From positions 1-64,000 of the IMG/VR virus record IMGVR_UViG_3300047445_000186: 64,000 bases of DNA; one strand, given 5' to 3'. Positions 45,649 to 54,165 of the stretch are shown here, piece after piece. Numbering within the stretch: position 1 is the stretch's first letter; each line of letters opens with the position of its first letter. The position numbers and the translations under genes were made by a program. Under the pieces are notes generated by a model. The model had not been told where the DNA came from. It saw only the letters and a program-made list of their open reading frames with translations, and made no database searches.

Positions 45649-46136
45649 ACATGAAACTCAAACTCTCCCTCCTCGCTCTGGCCGTTCTCTCGCTCTCCGC
45701 CTGCAATCACGACGCTGCGCCAGTCTCGTACCAGCAACCGCAACAGCAGTACGCTCCCCAACAAGCGCCCGTGGTCGTTCAACAAGACAGCGGCATGAGC
45801 GCTGGAACCGCAGCCGCAGTCGGCCTCGCCGCTGGCGCCGTGGGTGGATACCTGCTCGGCAATCGGAACACGCCTCAGCCTTCCCAAGTTCAACAACCTA
45901 CAACCGTGATCAACAAGACCGTCGTGAACAAGACGTACGTACAACAAGCCCCCACCGCTCCCGTGACCGCGCCCGTCGCGCCAGCCAAGCCTGCAGTCGT
46001 GACTGCTGTGACGCAGCCAACTCTGCCGAAGTACACGGCCGCCGTTCCTGCTGTGCCGGTGAAGAGCACTGGCACGAGCTTCGCGCAGAAGCCCGCGAGC
46101 TACGGCACGACCACGACCACGTTCAAGCGGAAATGA
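45645..46136 (+). CDS. lipoprotein with Pro/Gln/Thr-rich tail
   Basis: signal peptide with lipobox LSAC; AAVGLAAGAVGGYLLG glycine zipper. Confidence 0.75.
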   Translation: MNMKLKLSLLALAVLSLSACNHDAAPVSYQQPQQQYAPQQAPVVVQQDSGMSAGTAAAVGLAAGAVGGYLLGNRNTPQPSQVQQPTTVINKTVVNKTYVQQAPTAPVTAPVAPAKPAVVTAVTQPTLPKYTAAVPAVPVKSTGTSFAQKPASYGTTTTTFKRK

Positions 46137-46504
46137 GCGAACGCGACGCCTTCTGGCAGGGCGTCTTTGACGGTCAAACTCTGGCGAACTGCCATGGGTC
46201 TGACCGTCATGGCGTTGGGTACGGGAACCCATGTCAAACCTGCACGAACAGCTACATCAAGATGATGACGCACACGCCTGATCAGGGCCCATGGTCCGTG
46301 TACGAGCATAACGGCCAGTTCTCGATCGAGTCGCAAGATTTTCGTCATGACGTTCTGCTCCGCGTGACCGGTGATTTCTTCGATGACACCGTTCGACGCG
46401 AGTACGCGCAGCATATCGTCGAGATCTTGAATGCGGCTCCGCAGACACTGCCGCTCTGGTGGATCCCACATCAGTTCAAGCAGCTTCGTTTGTTCGAAGA
46501 ATGA
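46133..46504 (+). CDS. hypothetical protein
   Basis: 123 aa. Confidence 0.6.
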   Translation: MSERDAFWQGVFDGQTLANCHGSDRHGVGYGNPCQTCTNSYIKMMTHTPDQGPWSVYEHNGQFSIESQDFRHDVLLRVTGDFFDDTVRREYAQHIVEILNAAPQTLPLWWIPHQFKQLRLFEE

Positions 46505-46590
46505 AGTTGTAACGGCCGCCGATACTGTTACACATTCACCCGCAGGATGTAGTACAATCACTCATCGACAACGAAACGAGGTGATGCAAG

Positions 46591-47043
46591 ATGTTCTACG
46601 TTCTGTTTCTCAAAGGTGAAGTGGTTGCAGTCACGGCCGAATCCCCGTACACCGGCACCCCCGCTCTGAAGAAGTTCGACGGCATCGAATACGACGCAGC
46701 CCAGAGCCGCTGGGACTGGGAGAGCCTGGAGGAAGTCGAGAACCTCGCCGCAAAGCTGACCGAGATCACCGGCAAGCTCCACATGGGCGAAGACAGCGGC
46801 CCGAACGTTTCGCCTCGCTTCGACATCTTCTGCCCGCCGGCTGTCGGCGACAAGGTCTCGTACGCCTTCAACGGCGACTACCACCCCGATGGTGAGATCG
46901 TCCGAATCACCCCGAGCTGGATGGTGATCACCTCCACTGGCAGCAAGTACAACCGCAAGAAGAACTCCGGCACCTGGAAGAAGGTCGGCGGAACCTGGTC
47001 GCTCGTGAGCGGTCACATCAGTCGCCAAAACCCCGAAGTCTGA
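46591..47043 (+). CDS. hypothetical early protein
   Basis: 150 aa, GAGGTG RBS, TACAAT promoter. Confidence 0.7.
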   Translation: MFYVLFLKGEVVAVTAESPYTGTPALKKFDGIEYDAAQSRWDWESLEEVENLAAKLTEITGKLHMGEDSGPNVSPRFDIFCPPAVGDKVSYAFNGDYHPDGEIVRITPSWMVITSTGSKYNRKKNSGTWKKVGGTWSLVSGHISRQNPEV

Positions 47044-47084
47044 GATAGAATCAAGAATCAACAACCTCGAAAACTGGAGCACTC

Positions 47085-47267
47085 ATGTCGAACAACTTCA
47101 ACCCGTACGCCCCGTTCAACAACACGCCCGAGCACAAGAACCGCCTCGAGAAGATCGCCAATCGCCCTTCGCAACGCCAGCGCGATCTGCTCAAGCCGGG
47201 CCGAGTCACGATCATTGACTATGGCACCTCCGGCGAAGGTCCCCGCGTCGCAGTGAAGGCGAAGTAA
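47085..47267 (+). CDS. hypothetical protein
   Basis: 60 aa, GGAG RBS. Confidence 0.65.
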   Translation: MSNNFNPYAPFNNTPEHKNRLEKIANRPSQRQRDLLKPGRVTIIDYGTSGEGPRVAVKAK

Positions 47268-47551
47268 TGAACTTCGTCGACATCTCGGTGAAGGACTTCA
47301 GTGGGAACTTCACGCACAAGGCGAAAGCCTTCGACGTGAAGACCCAAATCCTGCTGAAGACCCCGGCCTGGAGCTTGACGACCGTGCGCCTGCTCGGAAC
47401 GACCGATGCGATCACGCAGTTCCTGCGCACGCTCCCAACGTTCACTGAAGCTCTCGTGCAGATGCACGTCGGCGCTGCAAAGACCCTGACCGAGGATTCG
47501 ATCTCGCCTGGCTGGAAGAATCGCTCGCTCGTCGAGAACAGGAGAAAATGA
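47267..47551 (+). CDS. hypothetical protein
   Basis: 94 aa. Confidence 0.6.
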   Translation: MNFVDISVKDFSGNFTHKAKAFDVKTQILLKTPAWSLTTVRLLGTTDAITQFLRTLPTFTEALVQMHVGAAKTLTEDSISPGWKNRSLVENRRK

Positions 47552-47769
47552 TGGCAAAATACTGGTCGTCCGAACCGCCCTCGCGCTGCGATGCGTGTGA
47601 CACCCCGATCACGAACGTGTTCACCGACGGAAAGACCACGTACGGGCCGTGGGCTTGCATGTGCCCGAGCTGTGCGACCCTCGGCCCTGGCATCGGGAAG
47701 TGGGGTATGGGCCTCGGCCAAGAATACACGAAGCAGCCCGATGGCAAGTGGTTGAAGACGAAAGGTTGA
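47548..47769 (+). CDS. small Zn-finger protein
   Basis: CDAC..WACMCPSC..GLGQEY. Confidence 0.7.
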   Translation: MMAKYWSSEPPSRCDACDTPITNVFTDGKTTYGPWACMCPSCATLGPGIGKWGMGLGQEYTKQPDGKWLKTKG

Positions 47770-47771
47770 TC

Positions 47772-47939
47772 ATGACATTCCTCGCAATTCTCCTGGGGCT
47801 GATCGTTGGTGGACTGTTCGGCTGCCTGCTTGGTTGGGTGTGGGCGCATAACACCGTGCTGAACGAAGCCAAAAAGCTTGGACGCTTCTACGTCGGGCCC
47901 GACGTGGTCGAGTGCACCGTGCATGAAGGAGCTCGATGA
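47772..47939 (+). CDS. small membrane protein
   Basis: 55 aa, N-terminal hydrophobic helix. Confidence 0.55.
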   Translation: MTFLAILLGLIVGGLFGCLLGWVWAHNTVLNEAKKLGRFYVGPDVVECTVHEGAR

Positions 47940-48535
47940 TGGAGTACGAGTGCTACCTCCTCAATCCGGACATGGAGCTCTGCCACATGGGCGAGAAGCT
48001 CTTCGAGACGGATGATTTGGCCGAAGCCTGCTCGTTCGTGTACAACTGGTACCAAGAGAAGAACGTGGATGTTTGCGTCTGGCAACCACGCACCAGCGGG
48101 TATCGCGAGTACTACAAGGTCGGCGAATGGCCGCCCTCGGCCGCGGCTCCCAAGGATCAAGTGACCGCGCCAGAGCCCGTGGATGCGGATGATCAGATCA
48201 AGCTCGATCACCCGCGCGCGATGTGGGAAATCCTCGTGCCAACGGAAAAGCGCCAACAACCAGGCGCGTTCTATCGGACTCGGTACCATCGCGTGTGGGA
48301 CGCGAAAGTCCGTGAAATTACTGGTGGTCTCACGATCCTCACGCCTGCCAAGGGGCAGTGGGTCAGCCCGAAAGGCGAGACGTTCACTGAGCGCATGATC
48401 CCCGTGCGGATCGTCGCCACCGAACCACAGATCAGCGAGATCATCGATCACACGCTGGAATACTATGACCAACTGGCAGTGCTCTGCTACAAGGTCAGCG
48501 ATCACGTCATTATTCGTCACAAGTCGGAGGTTTGA
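47936..48535 (+). CDS. two-domain hypothetical protein
   Basis: 199 aa; C-terminal GGLTILTPAKGQW..ERMIPVRI. Confidence 0.65.
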   Translation: MMEYECYLLNPDMELCHMGEKLFETDDLAEACSFVYNWYQEKNVDVCVWQPRTSGYREYYKVGEWPPSAAAPKDQVTAPEPVDADDQIKLDHPRAMWEILVPTEKRQQPGAFYRTRYHRVWDAKVREITGGLTILTPAKGQWVSPKGETFTERMIPVRIVATEPQISEIIDHTLEYYDQLAVLCYKVSDHVIIRHKSEV

Positions 48536-48757
48536 ATGGCAGCTCAGTATGTGTTCATGGTGAAGGGCCGCGGCGAGTTCCCAGTGGACATGCTTCGTCG
48601 CGATCAGTGCTATCCGTACCGAACGGAAGATGCGCACGCCATTCTCGGCGATGCAACCACGAAGGAACGTGAAGGCGTGTTCGTCTCGCCCCGCCCTCCG
48701 AACATCGATCGTTGGGCAAGCTTCGGCTGGCAGGTTCAAAGGACCTGCACCGTCTAA
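48536..48757 (+). CDS. hypothetical protein
   Basis: FPVDMLRRDQCYP..RWASFGW small phage family pattern. Confidence 0.65.
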   Translation: MAAQYVFMVKGRGEFPVDMLRRDQCYPYRTEDAHAILGDATTKEREGVFVSPRPPNIDRWASFGWQVQRTCTV

Positions 48758-48787
48758 GAACCTGAATCAATTCCGCTGTCGCACTTT

Positions 48788-48815
48788 AAAGGGCCTACAA
48801 TGGCCCTTTCTTTTT
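48788..48815 (+). terminator. intrinsic terminator
   Basis: AAAGGGCC-TACAAT-GGCCCTTT-CTTTTT. Confidence 0.75.
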
Positions 48816-48827
48816 GCGGGGGTGCGC

Positions 48828-49001
48828 ATGTTCATTGCAATGGTACAGGTTAGCGGAGTGTGGGAAGTCACAAGGTTCGAGACGGAAGAGAAGCTCATGG
48901 CCTGGGCTGTGGCCCGACCAGGAAGTGTGGACGACTACCACATCTACGAGGCGAAGCAAATCCGCGTAGAGGTGCAGGCGACTGCGAGCATCAAACGATG
49001 A
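48828..49001 (+). CDS. hypothetical protein
   Basis: 57 aa. Confidence 0.55.
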   Translation: MFIAMVQVSGVWEVTRFETEEKLMAWAVARPGSVDDYHIYEAKQIRVEVQATASIKR

Positions 49002-49279
49002 AGTTCTCGATTTGGTATCACATCAGGTACTCGCTGCCTGTTCAGTACGTGGATCTTTGGGCTTGGCAGTTCAGCAATTGGTACACCAAGACCCGAAAGA
49101 AGTTCGGTCGCTGGCTCGGCACCCGCTCGCTCACGAAGCGTATCTGGGCGCGGGTCTATCGGAAGTGGCTCGATGAAGGCGATGTGATTGTTCGCGTGAT
49201 CAATTGGCGGACAGCTTTGCTCGATCGCAAGGGCTATCAACGCGTTGCAGTCTCAGCCTGCTTCTGGATTTTCGACTGA
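48998..49279 (+). CDS. hypothetical Trp/Arg-rich protein
   Basis: 93 aa, ATGA overlap. Confidence 0.5.
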   Translation: MKFSIWYHIRYSLPVQYVDLWAWQFSNWYTKTRKKFGRWLGTRSLTKRIWARVYRKWLDEGDVIVRVINWRTALLDRKGYQRVAVSACFWIFD

Positions 49280-49327
49280 TCCCACACTCTGGTTCAGCGG
49301 CTCTTGGTTGAGCCGTACAATCAGAGG

Positions 49328-50479
49328 ATGGAAAAATTCGAACAATTTCTCGCCGAGTTCAAGCTCACACCGTACTGGGCCACGATGGTCAACACGGTGG
49401 AGGACTCCCCATGGCACCGTGAAGCGAACGTTGCGCTCCATACGGAGATGTCGCTCGAGCAATTCGACACGCGCTTCGCCGCGAACTACTCGCGACGCGA
49501 AGCTCTCGTTGGTCGCGTGGCGATCTTGTTCCACGACACTGGCAAGCCTTCCGCTGAAGAAGTTCTCGAAAAGAAGGACGGCTCTGGTGAGAAGTACCGT
49601 CGGTACGCGGGGCACGAGCAAGATTCGGCCGTGGCATTCCAAGAGTGCTACTTGACGATGAGTTCACTTCGCGCGCTCTTGACGCCTGAAGAAGCTCGCG
49701 CAATCCGCTGGATCATCGAGCATCACTTGCCGTACGGGTACAAGGACAAGCAGAAGCGTCAAGGTCTCGCTGTCGCCACGTGGCACGCGCTTTACACCGC
49801 GAACTGCCGGTACGAGTTGTTCTTCGATTGCCTTCGCTCTGATGCGGCGGGTCGGATCAGTGACGACATGGAAACAAAGCTCCAGAACGTCGAGGATTGG
49901 GTCGAAGAGTTCAAGAAGATCCCGACTGCTCGCACTGCCGCGTACCGTGAACAGATCGCGTTCCTCTTGATCGGTCCTTCTGGATCGGGTAAGAGCACGT
50001 ACGTTCGGCATGCGTCTCAGAACGGCGATGAGATCATCTCGTACGATGACTTGAAGGAACAGTTCTGGTACCACAAGGGCCAGGCTGAGGGCTTTGGCTT
50101 CAGCGTTCCTACTCGTCAAGAGCAGTACGATCTTGCGTGGGCTTACGCGAACGAGAACGAGTCTGAGTTCAAGAAGTTCTCCGATGCGATCGTGGCGGCT
50201 CAGTTCGAAATGGCCTCGAAGTCTGGAGCGAACGTGTTCGTGGACATGGTGAACGCGTCCAAGAAGAAGCGTGCAAAGTTCGTGGATCTTGCGAACAGGT
50301 TCAAGTTCCGCGTCGTTGCAGTCGAGTTCTGGAACCCGCTCGATGAGTTGATCCGTCGTCAGAAGACGCGGCCTGACAAGTCGGTACCGCCAGGTGCGGT
50401 GAAGCAGCAGCTTTACGCGATCGGTGGAGCATGGCTCGGATCTGAAGTCGATCGTGTCGAGTTGGTACTGCCGACCTGA
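49328..50479 (+). CDS. HD-domain phosphoesterase / polynucleotide kinase fusion (HD-Pnk-like)
   Basis: WHRE..H, FHDTGKP, GHE, EHH, SDAAGR; P-loop GPSGSGKST, DMVN, RKT..DK. Confidence 0.8.
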   Translation: MEKFEQFLAEFKLTPYWATMVNTVEDSPWHREANVALHTEMSLEQFDTRFAANYSRREALVGRVAILFHDTGKPSAEEVLEKKDGSGEKYRRYAGHEQDSAVAFQECYLTMSSLRALLTPEEARAIRWIIEHHLPYGYKDKQKRQGLAVATWHALYTANCRYELFFDCLRSDAAGRISDDMETKLQNVEDWVEEFKKIPTARTAAYREQIAFLLIGPSGSGKSTYVRHASQNGDEIISYDDLKEQFWYHKGQAEGFGFSVPTRQEQYDLAWAYANENESEFKKFSDAIVAAQFEMASKSGANVFVDMVNASKKKRAKFVDLANRFKFRVVAVEFWNPLDELIRRQKTRPDKSVPPGAVKQQLYAIGGAWLGSEVDRVELVLPT

Positions 50480-50485
50480 CATCGT

Positions 50486-50533
50486 TCGGCTCACTCAGAA
50501 CGCACAGGGGACCCGAAGGTCCCCTTCTTGTTT
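50486..50533 (+). repeat. second copy of 16-nt repeat plus terminator
   Basis: TCGGCTCACTCAGAAC then AGGGGACC-CGAA-GGTCCCCTT-CTTGTTT. Confidence 0.7.
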
Positions 50534-50648
50534 AGCTAAACACCGATCCCTCTGCCTCGCACCGGCGCCCTCTCGTGTCGCCATGATTTCTGGCCAGACC
50601 GCGGATTCTCCGCGCTGGAAGTTCAACATCCTGATCCAAACACTCGGG

Positions 50649-50702
50649 TGTAACTTGTAACGATCTCTGTTACAATTACTACATCTTGTTGCAAATTGTA
50701 AC
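50649..50702. promoter_or_regulatory. cluster of four TGTAAC/GTTACA boxes upstream of gp32
   Basis: sites at 50649, 50656, 50669, 50697. Confidence 0.5.
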
Positions 50703-50736
50703 AGATACACGAAGTCAACCTGACGGCGGTTTCCGC

Positions 50737-50742
50737 TAAATA
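50737..50742 (+). promoter_or_regulatory. late promoter TAAATA
   Basis: upstream of gp32. Confidence 0.5.
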
Positions 50743-50810
50743 GACAGCCGAACATTCAGTTCGCAATCTTGTCACTTTGACTATTTGAATTTTTACGGAG
50801 TTTTGAAATC

Positions 50811-51731
50811 ATGGCAACCAAGCGTTCACTGGCCGATCTGGCCGCAGCATTCACATCCAAGACCAACGAAGGTGGTGGCGGAAACGCAACGTGGAAGCTG
50901 TTCTTCCCTTTCTGGAAGGCTGAAGTCGAGACCGTTTCTACGGTTCGTTTCCTCCCAGACAACGACGGTGAGAACCCAATGGGCTTCCTCGTCGAAAACC
51001 TCACCCACGAATTGAATATCAACGGCAAGCGCGAAAAGGTCGCATGCTTGAAGATGTTCGGCGAAGCCTGCCCAATCTGCGAACTGTCCTCGCGTTTCTA
51101 CGACAAGAACAGCGCAGAGCACAACGAAGAACTCGGCAAGCAGTTCTATCGCAAGAAGAGCTACATCGGCCAAGTCCTCGTTCTCGAAACCCCAATCGAG
51201 CACGATGCTGAGCAGATGGTGAAGCTCATCGAATTCGGTCCGCAAGTGTTCAAGCAAATCCAAGCTGCTTTCCAAAGCGGTGACCTGGAAGAAGCTCCTT
51301 ACGAACTGAAGGGTGGATACAACTTCCGCTTCCGCAAGACGAAGACCGGCTCTGGCCAGAATTCGTACACCACGTCGAACTTCGCTCCGAAGCAGACCGA
51401 CGTGTCGGACCAGATTCTGGAAAGCATCACGCTTTACAACCTGGCCGAGTACCGCACCGCAAAGGTCGATCGCGCTGCTGTTGAAGCAATGCTGATCGCT
51501 GCCCAAACCGGTGGCACGTACGAAGCAGCTGGTTCCGCAGCTCCTGCTGCTGGTCTCCAACTGAACAAGAAGTCGGCTGCAGCTCCTGCTCCTGCCGCTT
51601 CTGATGACGGTGATGTCGCAGCTCCTGCTGCCGCGCCAGCCGCTGCACCTGCTGAAGGTGGCGCGAAGCTCAGCGTAGTCGAACAACTGCGTGCACGTGC
51701 TGCCGCAGCCAAGGCCGCTCAACAAGCCTAA
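50811..51731 (+). CDS. single-stranded DNA-binding protein (T4 gp32-like)
   Basis: VRFLP, CPIC, KKSY, EFGPQVF, GYNF..K, YTTSNF, Ala-rich tail. Confidence 0.88.
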   Translation: MATKRSLADLAAAFTSKTNEGGGGNATWKLFFPFWKAEVETVSTVRFLPDNDGENPMGFLVENLTHELNINGKREKVACLKMFGEACPICELSSRFYDKNSAEHNEELGKQFYRKKSYIGQVLVLETPIEHDAEQMVKLIEFGPQVFKQIQAAFQSGDLEEAPYELKGGYNFRFRKTKTGSGQNSYTTSNFAPKQTDVSDQILESITLYNLAEYRTAKVDRAAVEAMLIAAQTGGTYEAAGSAAPAAGLQLNKKSAAAPAPAASDDGDVAAPAAAPAAAPAEGGAKLSVVEQLRARAAAAKAAQQA

Positions 51732-51798
51732 GCTTGTAAGTTGAATGTTCGGAAGGATCCTTCGTGGTCCTTCCGCTTTTTCATTTCCAAAGGAAAAT

Positions 51799-52863
51799 AT
51801 GGGACTCAAATTTCTTGCTCAGTTCAAGAAGGACGTCGCCAAGCTCGACACCGTAGGTGTTGGTATCAAGACCGTTGAAGAATGGTTGAGTACCGGCAAT
51901 TACGCGTTGAATCGAGCCTTGTCTGGCGACTTCATGAAGGGCGTGCCACTCAGCAAGCTCACTCTGTTCGCAGGTCCATCGGGCTCTGGTAAGTCGTTCA
52001 TCGCCTCGAATCTCGCTCTCCAAGCGCAGAAGGAAGGCTATCACGTTCTGTACCTCGACTCGGAACACGCGATTGACGTTGACTACCTGAGCAAAATCGG
52101 TGTTGACGTTTCGGAAGAAGCTCTCACGTACCTGTCGGTCACTACGATCGAAGACGTGAACAGCGTTCTGTCTGACTTCTTCAGTGCGTACAAGAAGGAA
52201 GTTGGCAAGGACAACATGACTGGTCAGAAGACCATGATCGTGCTGGACTCGCTCGCGATGCTTTCGTCTGCAACTGAAATCGAAAATTACGACAAGGGCG
52301 TGATCAAGGGTGACCAAGGTCAGCTCGCCAAGCGTCGTAAAGCAATGCTTCGTCTGGCCGTTGGTAACATCGGTCGTCTGCCAATCTCGATGATCATCAC
52401 CGATCACGTGTACCCGCAAGACATCATGATGGGCGATGGCGCATGGGCGATCACGAACTCTACGAAGTTCTCGGTCTCCATCATCGGCATCGTCACGAAG
52501 CTGAAGCTCAAGGAAGAAGGCGCCGTCACTGGTGTTCGCATGCGATTCGAAACGTACAAGAGCCGCTTTGCGAAGCTCGGTACGAAGGTCGAACTCGAAG
52601 TGCCGTACAACAAGGGGATGTCTCCTTTCTCTGGCCTGATTGAACTCCTCGAAGAGATGAGTGTGATCGCCAAGGGTACGCAGCCAGGTGAGAAGACGAA
52701 GTTCATCGGGAACGTGAACGGTGAACGGATCGTGTTCAAGGAAAGCGAGATCACAACTGAGATCGCTGAGAAGCTCTTGAAGCATCCATCGTGCCAGCCA
52801 ATGCTGACTCGTGGCGCTGAACCAGAGCCGACCGCTGAAGAGCTCGACAAGATCGAAGACTAA
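51799..52863 (+). CDS. uvsX: RecA-like recombinase
   Basis: STGNYALN..LSG, GPSGSGKS, YLDSE, VLDSL. Confidence 0.9.
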   Translation: MGLKFLAQFKKDVAKLDTVGVGIKTVEEWLSTGNYALNRALSGDFMKGVPLSKLTLFAGPSGSGKSFIASNLALQAQKEGYHVLYLDSEHAIDVDYLSKIGVDVSEEALTYLSVTTIEDVNSVLSDFFSAYKKEVGKDNMTGQKTMIVLDSLAMLSSATEIENYDKGVIKGDQGQLAKRRKAMLRLAVGNIGRLPISMIITDHVYPQDIMMGDGAWAITNSTKFSVSIIGIVTKLKLKEEGAVTGVRMRFETYKSRFAKLGTKVELEVPYNKGMSPFSGLIELLEEMSVIAKGTQPGEKTKFIGNVNGERIVFKESEITTEIAEKLLKHPSCQPMLTRGAEPEPTAEELDKIED

Positions 52864-52868
52864 ACCAA

Positions 52869-52891
52869 GGGAGGCTTCGGCCTCCCGCTTA
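52869..52891 (+). terminator. hairpin with UUCG loop
   Basis: GGGAGGC-TTCG-GCCTCCC. Confidence 0.6.
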
Positions 52892-52905
52892 AAAAGAGAA
52901 TTGAA

Positions 52906-53124
52906 ATGAACCCATCTGCAACACACAGCTACAACGCATCGATCACCGTTCAAATCGCCGTCGGCGGTTTCATCGTCTCGTACCCAAAGTACGAAGAAGG
53001 TGTGGAGTACCCAGTGTACGTCCAAGAAGTCGCGACCTCGATCGGCAAGGCAATGCGTCTCGTGAAGACCGCGGCTGAGCAATTCAGCCTGGTCAAGAAG
53101 ACGGCTGACGACGCTGCTGAGTAA
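52906..53124 (+). CDS. hypothetical protein
   Basis: 72 aa. Confidence 0.65.
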   Translation: MNPSATHSYNASITVQIAVGGFIVSYPKYEEGVEYPVYVQEVATSIGKAMRLVKTAAEQFSLVKKTADDAAE

Positions 53125-53318
53125 TGGAGCGCTATCAACTCCGGGTTATGGCTGAGAAAGCCGATCTGGACGTGCGTCTCGATCTACTCACGAAGTACAT
53201 CGACTCGAACCCACAGTACTTACGGATGGATGAGGAACAACAGGACCTTCTGGTGCGGCAACGCATGATCATGGAAGAGTACGCTGAAGTTCTCTCTGAG
53301 CGCATCAACACGTTCTGA
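53124..53318 (+). CDS. small helical-hairpin protein (crAss001_48-related pattern)
   Basis: YQLRVMAEKADLD.RL..L..YI...EEQQDLL..Q...M.EY..VL.ERI. Confidence 0.65.
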   Translation: MERYQLRVMAEKADLDVRLDLLTKYIDSNPQYLRMDEEQQDLLVRQRMIMEEYAEVLSERINTF

Positions 53319-53398
53319 TCCCACGGCTGATAGGCCGTTCCCTTAGGCATCGTTACAATTGAACTTCAACTTGTAACGGTGCCTTTCTCGTCTCTGCA

Positions 53399-53878
53399 AT
53401 GGAAAAACAAAGAATCAATCTGTTCGCTCTCGGAACAAAGAACGAGGAGTACATGGCTGAACTCCCGACGTTCTTCGAGCAGTGGGCACAGGAAATCGAA
53501 GAGGCGGCACCGATCTTTGAAATGGAAGGCGTGCGTCTCGAAAAGCTCGCATCTGCTCTTCCACATCATCAGTTCTTCTACGCAGGTCGTGCTCAAGAAG
53601 CTCGGGCTGTTGTGAAGTGGCTCGAAATCTCGAAGGCCCAGAAGGAATCTCGGCACGTCAAGAATTACAACAACCAACCTCGCGCTCTTGGCGTGAAGGA
53701 ACAGTCGCTGTACATCCAAGGCGAGAAGGACGTCGTCGAGCTGAATCAACTGATCGTTGAAGCGAATTTGAAACAACAACAATTTGACGAGATCGTCGAG
53801 GCCATCAAGCAGATGGGCTGGATGCTCGGTCACATCACAAAGCTTCGTGTCGCAGAAATGCAGGACGCGATCATTTAA
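53399..53878 (+). CDS. uvsY: recombination mediator (UvsY-like)
   Basis: helical; YIQGEKDV, EAIKQMGWML..ITKLR; between uvsX and uvsW. Confidence 0.7.
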   Translation: MEKQRINLFALGTKNEEYMAELPTFFEQWAQEIEEAAPIFEMEGVRLEKLASALPHHQFFYAGRAQEARAVVKWLEISKAQKESRHVKNYNNQPRALGVKEQSLYIQGEKDVVELNQLIVEANLKQQQFDEIVEAIKQMGWMLGHITKLRVAEMQDAII

Positions 53879-54165
53879 TGGCAACCATCTCTAACTTCGG
53901 CGCCAGCACAATGGCCGCTTCGTCAGATCCAATCGCAGTGATCGGGTACAAGGACGAAGACATTTATCTCGTTCTGAATCTGCATGAGAACGGACAAGCT
54001 GTGAAGCTAACGTTCGAGCCAGAATCGACGATCAGCAATCTCGAAACCGTTCGCGTGAACATGCTCATGATGATGCTTGCTGGTGCAGCAATCACGGCTG
54101 AGAGCACGATGAAATACATCCGTGCAAAGAACCTCGAGCGCCATTTCCGTTTCAGTGCTCCATGA
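53878..54165 (+). CDS. hypothetical protein
   Basis: 95 aa, starts MATISNFG. Confidence 0.6.
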   Translation: MATISNFGASTMAASSDPIAVIGYKDEDIYLVLNLHENGQAVKLTFEPESTISNLETVRVNMLMMMLAGAAITAESTMKYIRAKNLERHFRFSAP

